From Octopus vulgaris (Eukaryota): a stretch of DNA of 64,000 bases. The notes under the pieces are model-generated. The model was not told the DNA's origin, did no database searches, and worked only from the letters and a program-made list of their open reading frames with translations. Of this stretch, positions 38,406 through 52,769 are shown piece after piece (positions within the stretch are counted from its first letter, which is position 1; each line of letters opens with the position of its first letter). The translations under genes and the position numbers were made by a program. The stretch spans positions 59,582,001 through 59,646,000 of the forward strand of contig OX597831.1 of the NCBI GenBank assembly GCA_951406725.2. The letters are read 5' to 3'.

Positions 38406-39624
38406 TATACATACATATATATATATATGTATACACATACGCGTGAGCGCACGCACACAAACATATATAAATGCGATGTACTATTGTACTATGATTAGTT
38501 TTGTGAGTGCTTGAAAATATGTATTAAATTTGACAATATAAACTGCATGCATGAATATAAAAATAGGGAAAGTATAAAAAAATACAGATCTTTAACATGC
38601 GATAAATATACACATGGATTTCCCTTTGTATATTCTAAGAATGCATTTCTATTTCATTAAATGTATTTTTCAATGCTAAAACAAAAATCTAAAATAGAAT
38701 CTCTTGAAATTCAAATTCTCAATTCATTTGCCAATGTATTTCCACTCTAAATTTAAATTGAATTTGTATACAAAAAGACAAAAAGCAAAGAAGAAAAACC
38801 ATCTTGAAATTCTTTGTCTATTAATGCTATTTAATTTTATTTTTAATAGAAAAAGATGACACTCATTAAAAGGTGAAAATTGCTACTCAGTTTAGAAAAT
38901 ATAACTTGTAATTAGGGATGAAAATTCCTTGTAATATAAAACATAAGATTTCCAATTTCTCTACGACATTATCAAAATTTTTAAAAATAGAAATTAATTA
39001 CGTTGTAACTTTGGGCTATATACATTTCCATTTTATTAATTTTCAGAAGATATATTGGATTTTGGCAATAGATTAAATGCTAATAAAAGTAAGTAGAATA
39101 TCTGTAAAGTTTTGAAACATATGTAATTGAAAGGAATATTTGATACTTCAGAAGAAGATGAAAAATATAGTCGAGAATAGATTTTGGAAAAATATATTAA
39201 TGATTTGCATTCTCCTCAATTAGAAAATATAATATTGTCCACAATATATTGACATAAGCGCAATGTATTGATTAAAAATGATTCAACAAAGGAAGTTGAA
39301 TCGTTCTTAGTGAAGCAAACATATGTAGCAAATTTATTAACTTATTTAGCACATTGTAAGTAGTAAATATATTATATTATTTTTTTCAATTTATTCTTAA
39401 GTGCATTGAGATGCAGCAGCAGAAATAATTAGACAATTAATCTTTTCAGCAATAAACTTACAGCTAATTTTCAAATAAAAAACTTTGTCTGACTATTTAG
39501 AATAATGAAATAAATCAATATATATGTAAATATAAACATTCGGACACTGGTTCCAAAATGGATTAGGAAATTATATTCGACATGCAAATTTCGAATATTT
39601 TCTGTATTGTGCAAAAGGAACCTA

Positions 39625-40188
39625 TTAGTTTGTCCGGAAAGTTCGTGCTCATTTCTAAAGGAAAGGAAAAGGTCAATAAATACTTGCCACTACATTTCAA
39701 TCAACCAAATATGAGACATTTTGTTGCACAATGCCTCTCCATATTTCCTTTAACACCAAAGTACCCTCTTCCCAGAATTTAGGTGGTTTCACGGCAAAGA
39801 ATTCGTCAAGGTATCGTTTTAGGTCATTCAAGGAATTGAGATGTTTACCATTAAGACTATTCTGCAGAGATCTGAATAAGTGGAAATCCGAAGGACTAAT
39901 ATCTGGTGAATATGGAGGGTAGGGTAACACATCCCAGCCGAGCTGCAGCAATTTTTGTCTGGTTCCCAAAGCATCGCATGCCGAAAATGAACTTTCTTAT
40001 CTTCCCTTTTAAAGGGTTACAGAATTAACACAGATTATAGGAACATAAACCTTCTTCCCGAAAAGATAGCTTAAACAGTGCTCTAAATGGAGGCGTAGTC
40101 AAATCCTATTATATGAACTCAACCATGTTCTAAAATAAGTGGAAATTTAAGCTACTATAAATCAGTACGTACTTTCCGGACAACGAAA
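39625..40188 (-). mobile_element. Internally deleted mariner transposon with TIRs and TA TSD
   Basis: TIRs TA|TTAGTTTGTCCGGAAAGTTCGTGCTCATTT and AAATCAGTACGTACTTTCCGGACAACGAAA|TA; ORF 39697-39969 LGWDVLPYPPYSPDISPSDFHLFRSLQNSL. Confidence 0.93.
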
Positions 40189-41254
40189 TATTTAAAATTT
40201 ATGAGTAAACATAGAAATCATGTTTTCTTCCTTCTCTTGCTTGCAATCAATTACAGTAAAACATATTCGCAAATATGTAAAGATAAATTGATACTGGATA
40301 TGTATTAACATTTTTGTATTTTCTGAATATTTTGTTAATGTGTTTGTATATCCGCTCCGAAAAAAGGATAATTTGTCTTCTCCAGCTCCCCGAGATTACT
40401 TGGTCGTCACCCTTTTGTCTGTCCTAGTAATATTATGTGACTGAAGGATGTGCACCCAAAGCCATAACATGTGCAGGTAATGCATTTTATGTAAGAGTTG
40501 GTACACAATCACCGTGAATTTATAAAAGATATATAAATAATTTTTACTGTAGGAATCTCTTGAGGACTTCCAGAAATATAGAATATAAAAGTTCATTTTT
40601 TTTTATCTAGTGAGTATATTATGTATTACCTATCTCGTGTTATTGGTTATTATCTAAATATATCACGTACGATAAACACACCGCAAATGGAAGCTGAAGG
40701 GCCTATTGCTGCAGGTTATAACTGCATGTTTTCGTTTTTTTCCTATGCAACAATATGCAAATAATGTCATCTTTCCGCAATAAAATGCACCTCTCTACAA
40801 TTGATTGTTTCTAATTTCAAACTCCCTGCATAGTGTAACGATACCTAATGAATATAATAGTATTATTGTTTTCGAAAAGAGTATATAGAAGCATCTCAAA
40901 CATTGTGTTAAATAGCCCTAAACGTATGTTGGTTCATGCAAAAAATATTATAGTCATTTGCGTGTATCAATGATATTTTTAAATGATTTTCATATTGATA
41001 TATTGTTATATATATTGATGTACGTGAGTTATAATTATTTCAGTGTGACACAATAAGAGAGAAGAATAATACACAATTCGCTGGGTAACTAACAACAGTA
41101 ACATATTGCTTTATATATGCAATATTTAGTGACCCGTGGGTTGCATCAAGTGTCTTTTCGCAACAGAAACCTGCATGACAACGGGCTTGTAATACAGGGA
41201 ACGTTTTCGGAGAATTTTGTGTACTCCCTAGTACCTGAGTGGAAGAAACACAAG

Positions 41255-41294
<40 letters not shown>

Positions 41295-41514
41295 TGACGA
41301 TTAAGCTAAATAGATAGCATATGTATAAAGCGCTATTAGATCTTCTTTATGCTCGATAGCATCCAACTGATTTGGGTTCAATATTTCGTGCGTAAAACGA
41401 ATATTAGGAAGGACTGCAATATATCCCCGATTATTACGTAAAGCAGGTAGTCTTATCCTGAATATAAAGATGATATGCATTGACTGGTCATTGGGATGAA
41501 TTTCCGGGGGATAC

Positions 41515-43923
41515 CTAGGTATGGCGGGTTTGAATTCATTATATAGAAGGATAACTGACAATTAAAAGTTTAATAGGAACATAATTTTATATTAAAACAT
41601 AACATAATATTCAGAATATTTAATATGTTGATATTTGTTTCGCATACTAATGTTCTTATGGCCATTCCTAAATATCAATAATTGGTGATGTTTACTAATC
41701 TCGAACAACATATTTCAAGTTGAATATCAATGGATTAGGCTTCAATAACTGTGCTCATTTCCACATCACTGTATATATATTAGACATTATACAATGCATC
41801 TTCCGTACATTTTTTTAAAAACTAGCGTTAAATAATGAAACCAGAAACAACAATATTAACAAGAGCACTTAAAGAGAGCAAACCACCGACAAGGCAACAC
41901 CAACGTGCTCTCAAAGGCTAGTCAGAGATGATTTTTAAAATGAGAATATCTGAAATAAACTCAACTGCTCGCACAAACGAGAATACTAAATATCAACCCT
42001 ACCGCACACACAAATTAAGTAAAATCAAGAAAAGAAACAGGGAAAATAATCCAGAATTCTTGTTCAGTATCGGATCGATCCCAAAATCTAATCTGTTTGT
42101 GCCAGTCACGTGGACAGACATCCCTAAAAGTTTCATCTGAATACAGAACAAATTGCATGTTTGATTATCACTAGGGTATTCAGATCGCGGAAGGTTTTCT
42201 TATATTCCTTACCTCTTAACCATGTACAAAAGTTAGGAATTTCATTGGAATAGAAGCTCTATTTCTTATAAGTTATAATGCCACATTGTAAATGCGTTAA
42301 TGATATTAAAATTAAATGGTTGTGTTTCTTCAATGCGCCAGTAAATTGTTTGCATATATTCTGTGATACTGGAATACGACGTTAATTCTTTTTACTGTGC
42401 AGGGAAGCTTTTTTTTAATGATTCTCATTAATTGCATTTTGTATAACGCTTATACATTTCAAACATAAGTTCATTACCTACAGAGGAAGTAGGAGTAACT
42501 TTGTCGAGTAGGAGTAACATTGTCGAGTACCTCGTTATTATTATGAAATCTTCAGATTTATCGATTAGGTGCATTGGGTATAATATTTTTCGGATGGAAT
42601 GGTGATATTTCTCTAGGTATAACGGAAAAGAAACTTGCAATATGCGCCTGCATTTTTTGTGTCTGTTTGCATATTTCTCGCAAATTACGCTGCGATATCT
42701 ATAGTTTTTCAGTTACGTCTAGGTATGGCGGGTTTGAATTCATTATATAGAAGGATAACTGACAATTAAAAGTTTAATAGGAACATAATTATATATTAAA
42801 ACATAACATAATATTCAGAATATTTAATATGTTGATATTTGTTTCGCATACTAATGTTCTTATGGCCATTCCTAAATATCAATAATTGGTGATGTTTACT
42901 AATCTCGAACAACATATTTCAAGTTGAATATCAATGGATTAGGCTTCAATAACTGTGCTCATTTCCACATCACTGTATATATATTAGACATTATACAATG
43001 CATCTTCCGTACATTTTTTTAAAAACTAGCGTTAAATAATGAAACCAGAAACAACAATATTAACAAGAGCACTTAAAGAGAGCAAACCACCGACAAGGCA
43101 ACACCAACGTGCTCTCAAAGGCTAGTCAGAGATGATTTTTAAAATGAGAATATCTGAAATAAACTCAACTGCTCGCACAAACGAGAATACTAAATATCAA
43201 CCCTACCGCACACACAAATTAAGTAAAATCAAGAAAAGAAACAGGGAAAATAATCCAGAATTCTTGTTCAGTATCGGATCGATCCCAAAATCTAATCTGT
43301 TTGTGCCAGTCACGTGGACAGACATCCCTAAAGTTTCATCTGAATACAGAACAAATTGCATGTTTGATTATCACTAGGGTATTCAGATCGCGGAAGGTTT
43401 TCTTATATTCCTTACCTCTTAACCATGTACAAAAGTTAGGAATTTCATTGGAATAGAAGCTCTATTTCTTATAAGTTATAATGCCACATTGTAAATGCGT
43501 TAATGATATTAAAATTAAATGGTTGTGTTTCTTCAATGCGCCAGTAAATTGTTTGCATATATTCTGTGATACTGGAATACGACGTTAATTCTTTTTACTG
43601 TGCAGGGAAGCTTTTTTTAATGATTCTCATTAATTGCATTTTGTATAACGCTTATACATTTCAAACATAAGTTCATTACCTACAGAGGAAGTAGGAGTAA
43701 CTTTGTCGAGTAGGAGTAACATTGTCGAGTACCTCGTTATTATTATGAAATCTTCAGATTTATCGATTAGGTGCATTCGGTATAATATTTTTCGGATGGA
43801 ATGGTGATATTTCTCTAGGTATAACGGAAAAGAAACTTGCAATATGCGCCTGCATTTTTTGTGTCTGTTTGCATATTTCTCGCAAATTACGCTGCGATAT
43901 CTATAGTTTTTCAGTTACGTCTA
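41515..43923. repeat. Near-identical ~1.2-kb tandem duplication (41515-42718 / 42719-43923)
   Basis: Offset 1204. Differences I found: two 1-bp homopolymer indels and one G/C substitution. CTA occurs at all three boundaries. Confidence 0.95.
41858..42140 (+). mobile_element. Probable non-autonomous DNA-element fragment (duplicated at about 43062-43342)
   Basis: Starts AACAAGAGCACT..AGAGAGCAAACC.CCG.CAAGGC and ends ...CCCAAAATCTAAT...AAAAGTTTCATC, resembling widespread non-autonomous elements; family not assigned. Confidence 0.4.
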
Positions 43924-45480
43924 AACATGAAGCTATACTCAGCAGTAATGAATTACGAGTTATATCATTGTTCATCGATCACCCCTCAAACCATCTTGTT
44001 ATTTGTAACACGAATAAGAAAAATAGTACGCCGAATGACGTATGTTATAACCAGGAAATAAAAGTGGTTTAACACCATAAAAATTATTTGGATGTGACGG
44101 AATAAACGAATCAAGTTGGATCATGGGTATATGCAGTTATCATACATTTTATATTCAAGAAAATCTTCATTCATGTTTTTATATCTTATTGAGATTTCCT
44201 ATATGCTTTTTCAGAGTTGCCATTAAAGAAAATTTGTGATAGGCAGCCACTCATTTCTTCATTTTTTCGTTTCCCTGGTATCGTGAAAATGCCGTTTGTG
44301 TAGATTTTCTGTGAGATGCAATATTACATAAAATGAGATCGATATTGTCTTTTGGTAATAACTTTCGTCGAAGATTTGTTGCTGAGTTGAATCTTTGGAG
44401 GTTTCAGAGAATGTTTCGAAATCTAAAAATTATGATCTTGGAAGAGACCATATAGTCATTTAATGACATCAATTAAAGAGAGTAAAATTACATTTAGTGT
44501 ATTTAATCATATGTTTCAAATGTTTCAGCGTCCTAGTTCGACCTGGGTACAGGCGAGGTATATTTAATCTTGGTAAAATACAAAAAAGAATTGTTATTTC
44601 ATTCAGTATAGTAGAGATAAATTATACAAAACGATACAAGAAGCGAATATAATTCATATTATTCGCCCATATGGAAAATTCTGTTCTACCATATGCAACC
44701 TTTAGAGATACTTCACTGAAATATAGATGCCTCCAGTCGTGCATCATACACACACGGTAGTGTGTGAATAGTATTCTTAAGGTCAAGATTTAATCACTCG
44801 CGACCAATTCTAGGCTTTGTCACTAACTCAGTTGTTAACCAAATTAGGTGTTGTTTACATTTGTAAATTGGTCGCGTCATCAGCTACATCTTCAGCTACG
44901 AAATTCGAAAATTACTTCAGGAGAAAAAACGTTTCAGTAACATATGTGAGGTCTAAACGAGAGAGTAATACCTAAAATCGACTTTGAGTCTAAATATTTT
45001 TTTGAAAGAAATATAAATTTTATTTTAGCTTATATGATAGATCTCAGCGGGAGGAATTTATCCATGTTAGTTAAATGCAAAACTATTCAGTACTGAGGTA
45101 AAAACCTACGGAAACAAAAGGAGATTAACGCCTGCGCTCGATTTTGACTCCAAATATTATTCTTCTTTCGAAAGGAAACTATATTTAAATTTAACTTTTC
45201 TGATAGATCTCGACTACAGGAATCCCATGATGCTAATTACATATATAAAAACATTTTTTAAAAATCTAATGGAGCCAAATGTGGTGATAATATTGGTAAC
45301 GTCTAAAAGGAAATTCAAAACCACAACATTTTGAATTTGTGTATATATTTTATCTTTGTTTAACTCATATAAAAGAAATCATCGAGACGAGTATCGTGGA
45401 GCTAATATTTTCAAAAAACTATTCAAAATGGAAAACCTTATTATATAAGTTATATTATGACTTATTACAATACGATGACG

Positions 45481-45785
45481 TGGAGGCGCAATGGCCGAGT
45501 GGTTAGGGCAGCGGACTCGTGGTCGAAGGATGGTAGTTTCGATTCCCAGACCGGGCGTCTTGTATGTTTATTGATCGAAAGCACCTAAATGCTCCACGTG
45601 ACTCCGGCATGGGGTGGTGGCGACCCCTGCTGTACCCTTTCGCCACAATTTTCTCTCACTCTCTCTTCCTGTTACTTGAGTAACGCTTCGATGGACTGGC
45701 GTCCAGTCCAGCCTGGAGGGAACACGTACGCCACAGAAACCGGGAATCTGGGCCCATGTGCCTGGCTAGGCATGAAAAGGGGCGA
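45481..45785 (+). mobile_element. tRNA-derived SINE family C (tRNA-Arg-like head, V-domain-like core)
   Basis: GGCGCAATGGCCGAGTGGTTAGGGCAGCGGACTCGTGGTC...GTTTCGATTCC (A and B boxes), then GATGGACTGGCGTCC.GTCCAG. Confidence 0.8.
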
Positions 45786-45817
45786 GAAACGAAAAAGATA
45801 CAGTACGATGACATAGA

Positions 45818-46018
45818 TAGTCGTTAACACGCGTGGTGAAAACTTCGCAGCATTTCGTCTGTCTCTATATTCTGAGTTCAAATTCTGCCATGGTCGTTTT
45901 TGCCTTTTATCATTTCGGTACTCAGTAATTGAGTATCAGATGAGCACTGAGATCAACGTCAACGTAATCAAATCCCCTCCTCTCCGAATTTGAGTGTCGT
46001 CTGCCAAAATTCGAAACT
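45818..46018 (+). mobile_element. SINE family B copy
   Basis: TTCTGAGTTCAAATTCTGCC..GGTCG.TTTTGCCTTT.ATC.TTTCGG...GAGCACTG...TGCCAAAATTCGAAAC. Confidence 0.8.
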
Positions 46019-46625
46019 AATATTGAAAAATGTTTGATTCAATTCAGTATTTAGATATCATGCATATATCTACCTCATATTCATAACATTCATTATATTG
46101 CCAAAAATACCATTCACATACGGTAGTGTGTGACTAATATTTTTAAGGTCAACATTTACTCATCCACGACCACTTCTAGGTCTTGTCACTAAATTACATT
46201 TTCACCAAATTTGATGATGTTTATATATTTGTAGATTGGTCCCTTCCTAAGCTACATTTGGAGCTATAAATACGAGATTTGTTTCATTAGAAAAATAATC
46301 AGGTTTCAAATATGTGAGGTCAAAAAGGGGAGAATAACGCCTGAAATCGACTTCGAGGTAATACACGCGACGATGCATGTATACTTTCGTAAATACACAC
46401 ACACACACACACACGTACGAACACACACAATGCAATGCACACAAACATATGTATATACAAATTAGTCACTTTTAAAACAACCATGAAAGGAAACAAAGGT
46501 GAGTGTGACGAATACGCAGGATTAAGGAGAGGGCTTAAGTTGACAACAATTGATGACAAAAGGACTATTTTCTGGTGTCTATCGTAAATAGACACAGGTA
46601 AACAGACGCACGCACTCACACACAC

Positions 46626-46703
<78 letters not shown>

Positions 46704-48788
46704 ACATACATTTAAACAAACACACATATATACATAATTATTGCAGAAAAACCTTGATGAGGTTTAAAGTTTAATCCTTTTACCCCTAATCAGAAAATAG
46801 GATTTCGAAGCAGGTATTTTCTGCATGTTTGTTGTCTATCACAAAATGAAAGCAAACATTATTGCACGAGGGGGAATGTTTATGAAACAAACAAAAACCA
46901 AAGCATTACGACGACCAAATTTGTAAGAACGCCTGAAGTTTTAATAATTTTTGTTTTGTTTTTGTGCTTTTAAAAATTTAATTCGGCATCGATAGATAAT
47001 AGGAGGCATTACATTAATATTTCTTAGGGTAAATCGGCAAGGTTTTGCTTTCGGAGTATGAGTGGATTTTCAGGGTAGCTGGATTAAGAATTGTTTCTTT
47101 ATTTTCAGGCAAATTGACAAGAACAGTAGCTGAATCGCAGTCTTTATTTTTATTCTGTCATAAATAATACTAACAAACGAAATATACACCGCCGATAGTT
47201 GTTCACAAACAACAATAGTGATTTTATTGAACTGAATACAGGTCATTGATTGGTTGCAATTACCGAAATACAACAACTTTAAGACGGAATAACTTTGAAA
47301 ATACAAACTTTTCTCAACAACACAAAAGGTAAAGACCCAAAAATAATTCTAATATTTTTGAACAAATGAATATGTATTATTGCTATAGCATTGCCTAGAA
47401 AAAAGTGGATTACAACGAAATATAATGACGCAGGCGCTTTAATATTCTCATGCTATTACACCTGGAAATGTCTAGAACAAAATTTCCACAGTTGAATTTG
47501 CCTAATTCGTCACCTATAAAGGAAATTATATAATACTTAAAATTAAAATTCTACTGTACTTAAAATATGTGCAGCCGAGCATAACATTTTTGAAATTAAA
47601 ATACATTATATTAAGTAAATTTGAGATGATGTATTTTATTTATTACGAGAATCTAAAAAAACATGGTACAAAAATAATCAAAAATGAATTGAAACAATTA
47701 AAAATCTATGTCTTTTGAAATATACAATTCTGATCGTCGTTTCATTTACCTGTATCAAGTACAGACAATAAAATATGAAGTTGTAAATAACATGGCACAT
47801 TTTTTTTCACTTGAACTGAAATCCTATTACAAAAAAGAAATATATTGATTGAAATAGAATGGTCATTAGATGGTTATAAAATCAACCATATGCTCAGTCA
47901 ATTCTTCCACATTCAAAACAATAAAATAATAATCTGACAAATCATAAGTAAAATTTATTAGTTAACATTAATACAGTTGACTTAATCTAATTCGTCTTTG
48001 GCTCATTCGTTACTTTACTTAATGCGTCATTTTCAATTTTCTCCTATGGATGACAAATTAGGTGAATTCTACTATATTTTTAAAAAATTAATTTTATTTT
48101 CATTTCAATTTCAAAAATATTGTTTTTTCCAAAAATTAGCCCATGGGCTTAAATAATTTTTTCCTCAAAATAATGAAATTTACTGGGGTTATGCAGACTT
48201 CAATAAAGTATTAATAATTTTGTATCAGAAATATGTGAATGAAATTAAAAGCATATTCTGTTTTCGAATATGCATAAATCATACTAAACTTCTTTACGAT
48301 ATTATTCAGCAAATCTTGCAATTCCAGTATTGGAAAAAATTAGCATCATTTTAACGGCAAGGGAATCGCTCTCTGTCTGTAGGAAAATCATAATTTTCAT
48401 ATGGAATAATGTAGCATATAACATTTAACTGGGATTACCAGAGAAAGCATGATTACGAAAAATTGTCGGTGTTTAAAAACCGATTGTTTTCCTTATAAAA
48501 TTCTAAAGAAGATGTGTCCAATTTTACTGAGTACAATGTATCGTACATTGTTTATATAATTGTACAATTTACTAAGTTATATTTAGACAAACAAGGAAAT
48601 AAAAACAAGAGATCGTTAATGAAGTATACTTACGAAATATGTTTCAGAAAGATAGAGCGGGTGGAACTGATTTACTACGTATTATTTTATAGGTACTTGA
48701 AGCCAAATTGTTTTCTTTTCAGAATTATTAATGAAAGCTTATTTTTCAACCGAATGCAGCTATTTCGTAAACTTTAGGCTCTAATATT

Positions 48789-48992
48789 GGTTTGAAATAT
48801 TGGCACACGACTAGCAACTTCGGGAATATGGGTGAGTTAATTACATCGACCCCAGTGTTCAAATGGTACATATTTTATTGACTTCAAAATATGAAAGGCA
48901 AAGTCGAACCCGACAGAATTTGAACGCAGCACGTGAAGACGGGTGAAATGCAACTTATTTTCTTCCCAGTATATTAACGATCCTGCCCGCTT
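48789..48992 (-). mobile_element. SINE family B copy
   Basis: Plus strand ACATCGACCCCAGTGTTCAA.TGGTAC...TGAAAGGCAAAGTCGA...GAATTTGAAC, matching the other copies. Confidence 0.85.
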
Positions 48993-50324
48993 AATTTAGT
49001 CGCTAATATTATTGAAAATAGAACATAATTACGAGTTCAAGTCACTTTACTTTCATGAGTATTTCTGTTATCATATTCGAGTTTCGCATAGTAGACACAT
49101 TGTATATAAAATATAACGCATAATTGATTTTAATTCCCTGAAACGTAGAAAAAAAAAACAAAACAAAAGGATATCTCACGGTATACTGCAGAGTTATTGA
49201 TTCATAATTTTTAAATTAGATATCTTTAGATCTTCGAGCCATCATGGATATTAAATGTTTTTACAGTAATTCAATTAAGTTAAGCTCCAAATGTTTTACA
49301 AGATCAATTAAACATTTCCACAAAAAAAATTCAAAACCACGATAGAATTATCATATCCCTTGCCACATTAACTTTCATGTGTGCCAAATTGCAAAGCAGC
49401 TGGTTTAATTTCGAATATATTTAGCATTGCTTTGATTGAAATTATATATATATATATGTGTGTGTGTGTGTGCGTTTCACAACAATAGATAAATAGATAG
49501 AAAGCTAGAGAGATAGACAAATACATAGATAGCTAGCCAAATACATAGAGAAAAATTCAATAAGTGAAATTACAATTTTCTACTATCCTTCACTAGCACA
49601 TTTCTAATTTGAAAGAGATAAGCTTGGTGCCTCATATTGGAGTGAGAACGAAGAAAATATACCGACGGTGTGAGATTCAATAAGAACAGTATAAAAGGTT
49701 TATTTCCTAATAAGAAAATATGTTAGTTACTATAGTCAGCATATATTGGAGATAAATGCTAAGCAGAAGGTTCATTTTAATGGTCTGGTGTGTATAATGT
49801 AACGTACGTATGGCATTCCATTTGTTTATGTTACACTATCAATATTTATTATTTCTCTGCTTCTTTTGGTTAGAAACAGCACTCCATATCTGACGTACAT
49901 TATTATTCATTATTTTTATCAAATTATACTCCATCAAATAAATATAGTGAGGAAAAATATGTTATTGATTGCAGTGGAATATTTATTGAAACATTATATT
50001 TTCATCAGAAACGGTAAATATTTTCAAAACGCTGAAACTAATTGTACCTTGAATTTAACAGAAGTTATTTTATCGTAAGATACATAGTTTGAAAGTTAGC
50101 AATACTAGAAGCACGACATGCATGGAAAACCCATCTCTTTGAATACTTCTTGCTACCATTATTGATATTCTGAAATTTGGATCATTTACGAAATTTCCAA
50201 GTGTGAATAAAAACTACAAACAGTAATTGATCAGCATACATACATATAAACACATACATGGGCGTTCGAAGACACACGCATACACATACACACAAACATA
50301 CACCCACACAAAATATATTTTATA

Positions 50325-50555
50325 TTCTTTGTTTGGATATTTAGGCTGCGGCAATACTGGGGCACCGCTTTGGAAACATTTTTAGTCGACTGTATCGAAC
50401 CTAGTACATATTTTCTATTAAGTCTGGTACGTATTCTATGGTACTCTTTTGCTGAAAGGTTAAGTTACGGGGATGTAAACACACCAACACCGTTTGTTAA
50501 GTGCACACAAACTTACACATGTATACACATATATACGACAAGCTTCTTCTGTTCT
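50325..50555 (-). mobile_element. 3' half of a decayed SINE family A copy
   Basis: CTGCGGCAATACTGGGGCACCGC...TAGTCGA...CTCTTTTGCTGAA..G.TAAGTTACGGGGATGTAAACACACCAACAC matches 22410-22545. Confidence 0.8.
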
Positions 50556-51003
50556 GTAACCATGAGTTTTGGAAGCTAGCTTATTACATGTATATTTTTC
50601 TACATGTAAACGCACGAACACATATTATATACATATATGAATCCAAGTATAAATGTATAAAATGTGAGACGTGAGGTACAGTATTATGTAGACAAATGTA
50701 GATGTGCTTACTGGGCGAACGTATTCACACTGTAAAATACACCCATTGCATCTTAAAAGCTCTGTTATTAGCAAATCACTAAACTACGATTGTCTAAAAC
50801 AATTGTTCAGTGCAGTATCACAATTTGATCTCCCATAAAACGATTTAACAAAACATTACTTGTCATGAATTCATGAATTACAGAGATTTCTAAGTTACTG
50901 CTGAAAATATATAGACGTCAGACGTGTGTTTGTATTATAAACATAAAATTTATCTACAATAGAATGAAATTCGGAATAATTTCTGAATATTTCTTTCCGA
51001 ATC

Positions 51004-51212
<209 letters not shown>

Positions 51213-51261
51213 CTACCTACGTAGTATTTTTTTGCCAATCTGGCAACACACACACACACAC

Positions 51262-51312
<51 letters not shown>

Positions 51313-51316
51313 TATA

Positions 51317-51359
51317 TAGACCGATGATGGGCAAAGAACCTGAAACATGCGTGTCTCTA
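51317..51359 (+). ncRNA. Minimal type I hammerhead motif (U4C variant)
   Basis: TAGA-CCGATGA-TGG gcaaagaa CCT-GAAA-CATGCGTG-TC-TCTA: stem I TAGA/TCTA, near-palindromic helix III, GUC cleavage triplet. Confidence 0.6.
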
Positions 51360-51572
51360 GATGCAAGCCAAGCTGTTGGGGGTATTTGTCTCCCCTTCGT
51401 AAATATATAAGGACACAGGAAATGTGCAAGGCCGACAGGAAGCGTCGATGCTTCCTAGGGCTAAACAGTGGTGGTGTAATTCCCTTACTGCCACGTTAAG
51501 TTGACAGTATACAACCACCCTATCGCTCCACCACCGTACATATCTCTATGAGATATTTAGAAATTTAATATT

Positions 51573-51605
<33 letters not shown>

Positions 51606-51608
<3 letters not shown>

Positions 51609-51900
51609 ACAAGCATAGATACCCGGCGTTGCCCGGTTACATTCCATTAGAGAATTATACTTTTCTGTTATATTTTCTGAATGAACTGGAATATCTATGT
51701 TTCGAATTTCCTCAAAATTGCAGATGAGGGGTATTTCCCTCTTTACACACCCTAACAAATTGTAATCGTGCCACACGGAAACCAATAAGCAGTCAGTTAC
51801 CCTACCCTAGTCGTTACCACTCCCAATGTAGGATTCCTCACAATCCAGGTGACAGGAACAGCCGTAAGATGCATTACGAATCTATAGCAATTGGAAGGGC
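51606..51900 (+). mobile_element. Possible Helitron-related remnant
   Basis: Start CTACAAGCATAGATACCCGGCGTTGCCCGG resembles non-autonomous Helitron/Helentron ends; a frameshifted stretch weakly resembles the PIF1-helicase PHxLxLK...CNGTR region. Confidence 0.35.
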
Positions 51901-52634
51901 GTGACCCAATTGAAATCAACATTAACAACTGTGTGACGTGAGGGCTTAGGAGAAATTAAAGTGTCATCTCTGGAGTTTGCAAATGACCACTATACTGATA
52001 CGTAAGTGGACAGAATGAATTTAAAATCTATAAATGTTTTTGAATAACCAGTCACCCATCTCGGAAGGCCTTGTAATCAATATTACCATCTGGGGACTAT
52101 GTGTGACCGAGTGATAATAAAAAGACTGAAAGGAGGTCTGCAATCAAATAACATTACTCAAAACTTTACAACTGAATCATTGGAGGCAAAGATGCCTCTC
52201 CTTTACTTAACAATTTATACAGCACATTGCGGAAATCACAACGTAAATGTATATCAAAGCAAACTGTTACACTGTTGTACCATTGAATTAGAAATAATGC
52301 CCAACTTTTATGCTCGGGTAACCCTACAACTTCCTACAGCACAACTGTATTCGTTTTTGCTTAAATAAAATGGCAAAATTGTGGGTGTTAAGACCCCATG
52401 GTGGGGTCTTTCTAACTTTGTAAGAACATGAAATTTTATAAATATTACTTCATTTGTGTCTAATATCTATGGTTAAAATTTCATCAACAGCAAAAATATA
52501 GGAATTGTCATGGGGGTTATGGCCCTTATGCTTAGAATATAATTTCCAAATTTCTTAAATTCAGTACTTTTGACCTAGTTTTGGATCATAAAAGAAATGA
52601 CTAAAATTTGGGAGTTAAGGCTCCCATTAGGGTG

Positions 52635-52687
<53 letters not shown>

Positions 52688-52769
52688 TAGATAGATAGAT
52701 ATAGATATAGATATATACACAAACACACAAAGATAAATTGATAGATACAACTGAGTGGGCAAACAAAAA

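Larger units (their letters stand above)
44745..46362. repeat. Diverged ~250-bp direct repeats (44745-44996 and 46111-46362)
   Basis: ACGGTAGTGTGTGA.TA.TATT.TTAAGGTCAA...TTCTAGG..TTGTCACTAA...ATATGTGAGGTC..AA...AAATCGACTT.GAG in both copies. Confidence 0.85.

Noticed and set aside
41928-43377. Duplicated ORFs MIFKMRISEIN... as a gene pair
   Set aside because: By-products of the 1.2-kb tandem duplication, lying in a probable repeat fragment.
45481-45556. Genuine tRNA gene
   Set aside because: The cloverleaf is imperfect and continues into a SINE body; the same applies to the tRNA-like heads at 37560-37615 and 57160-57225.
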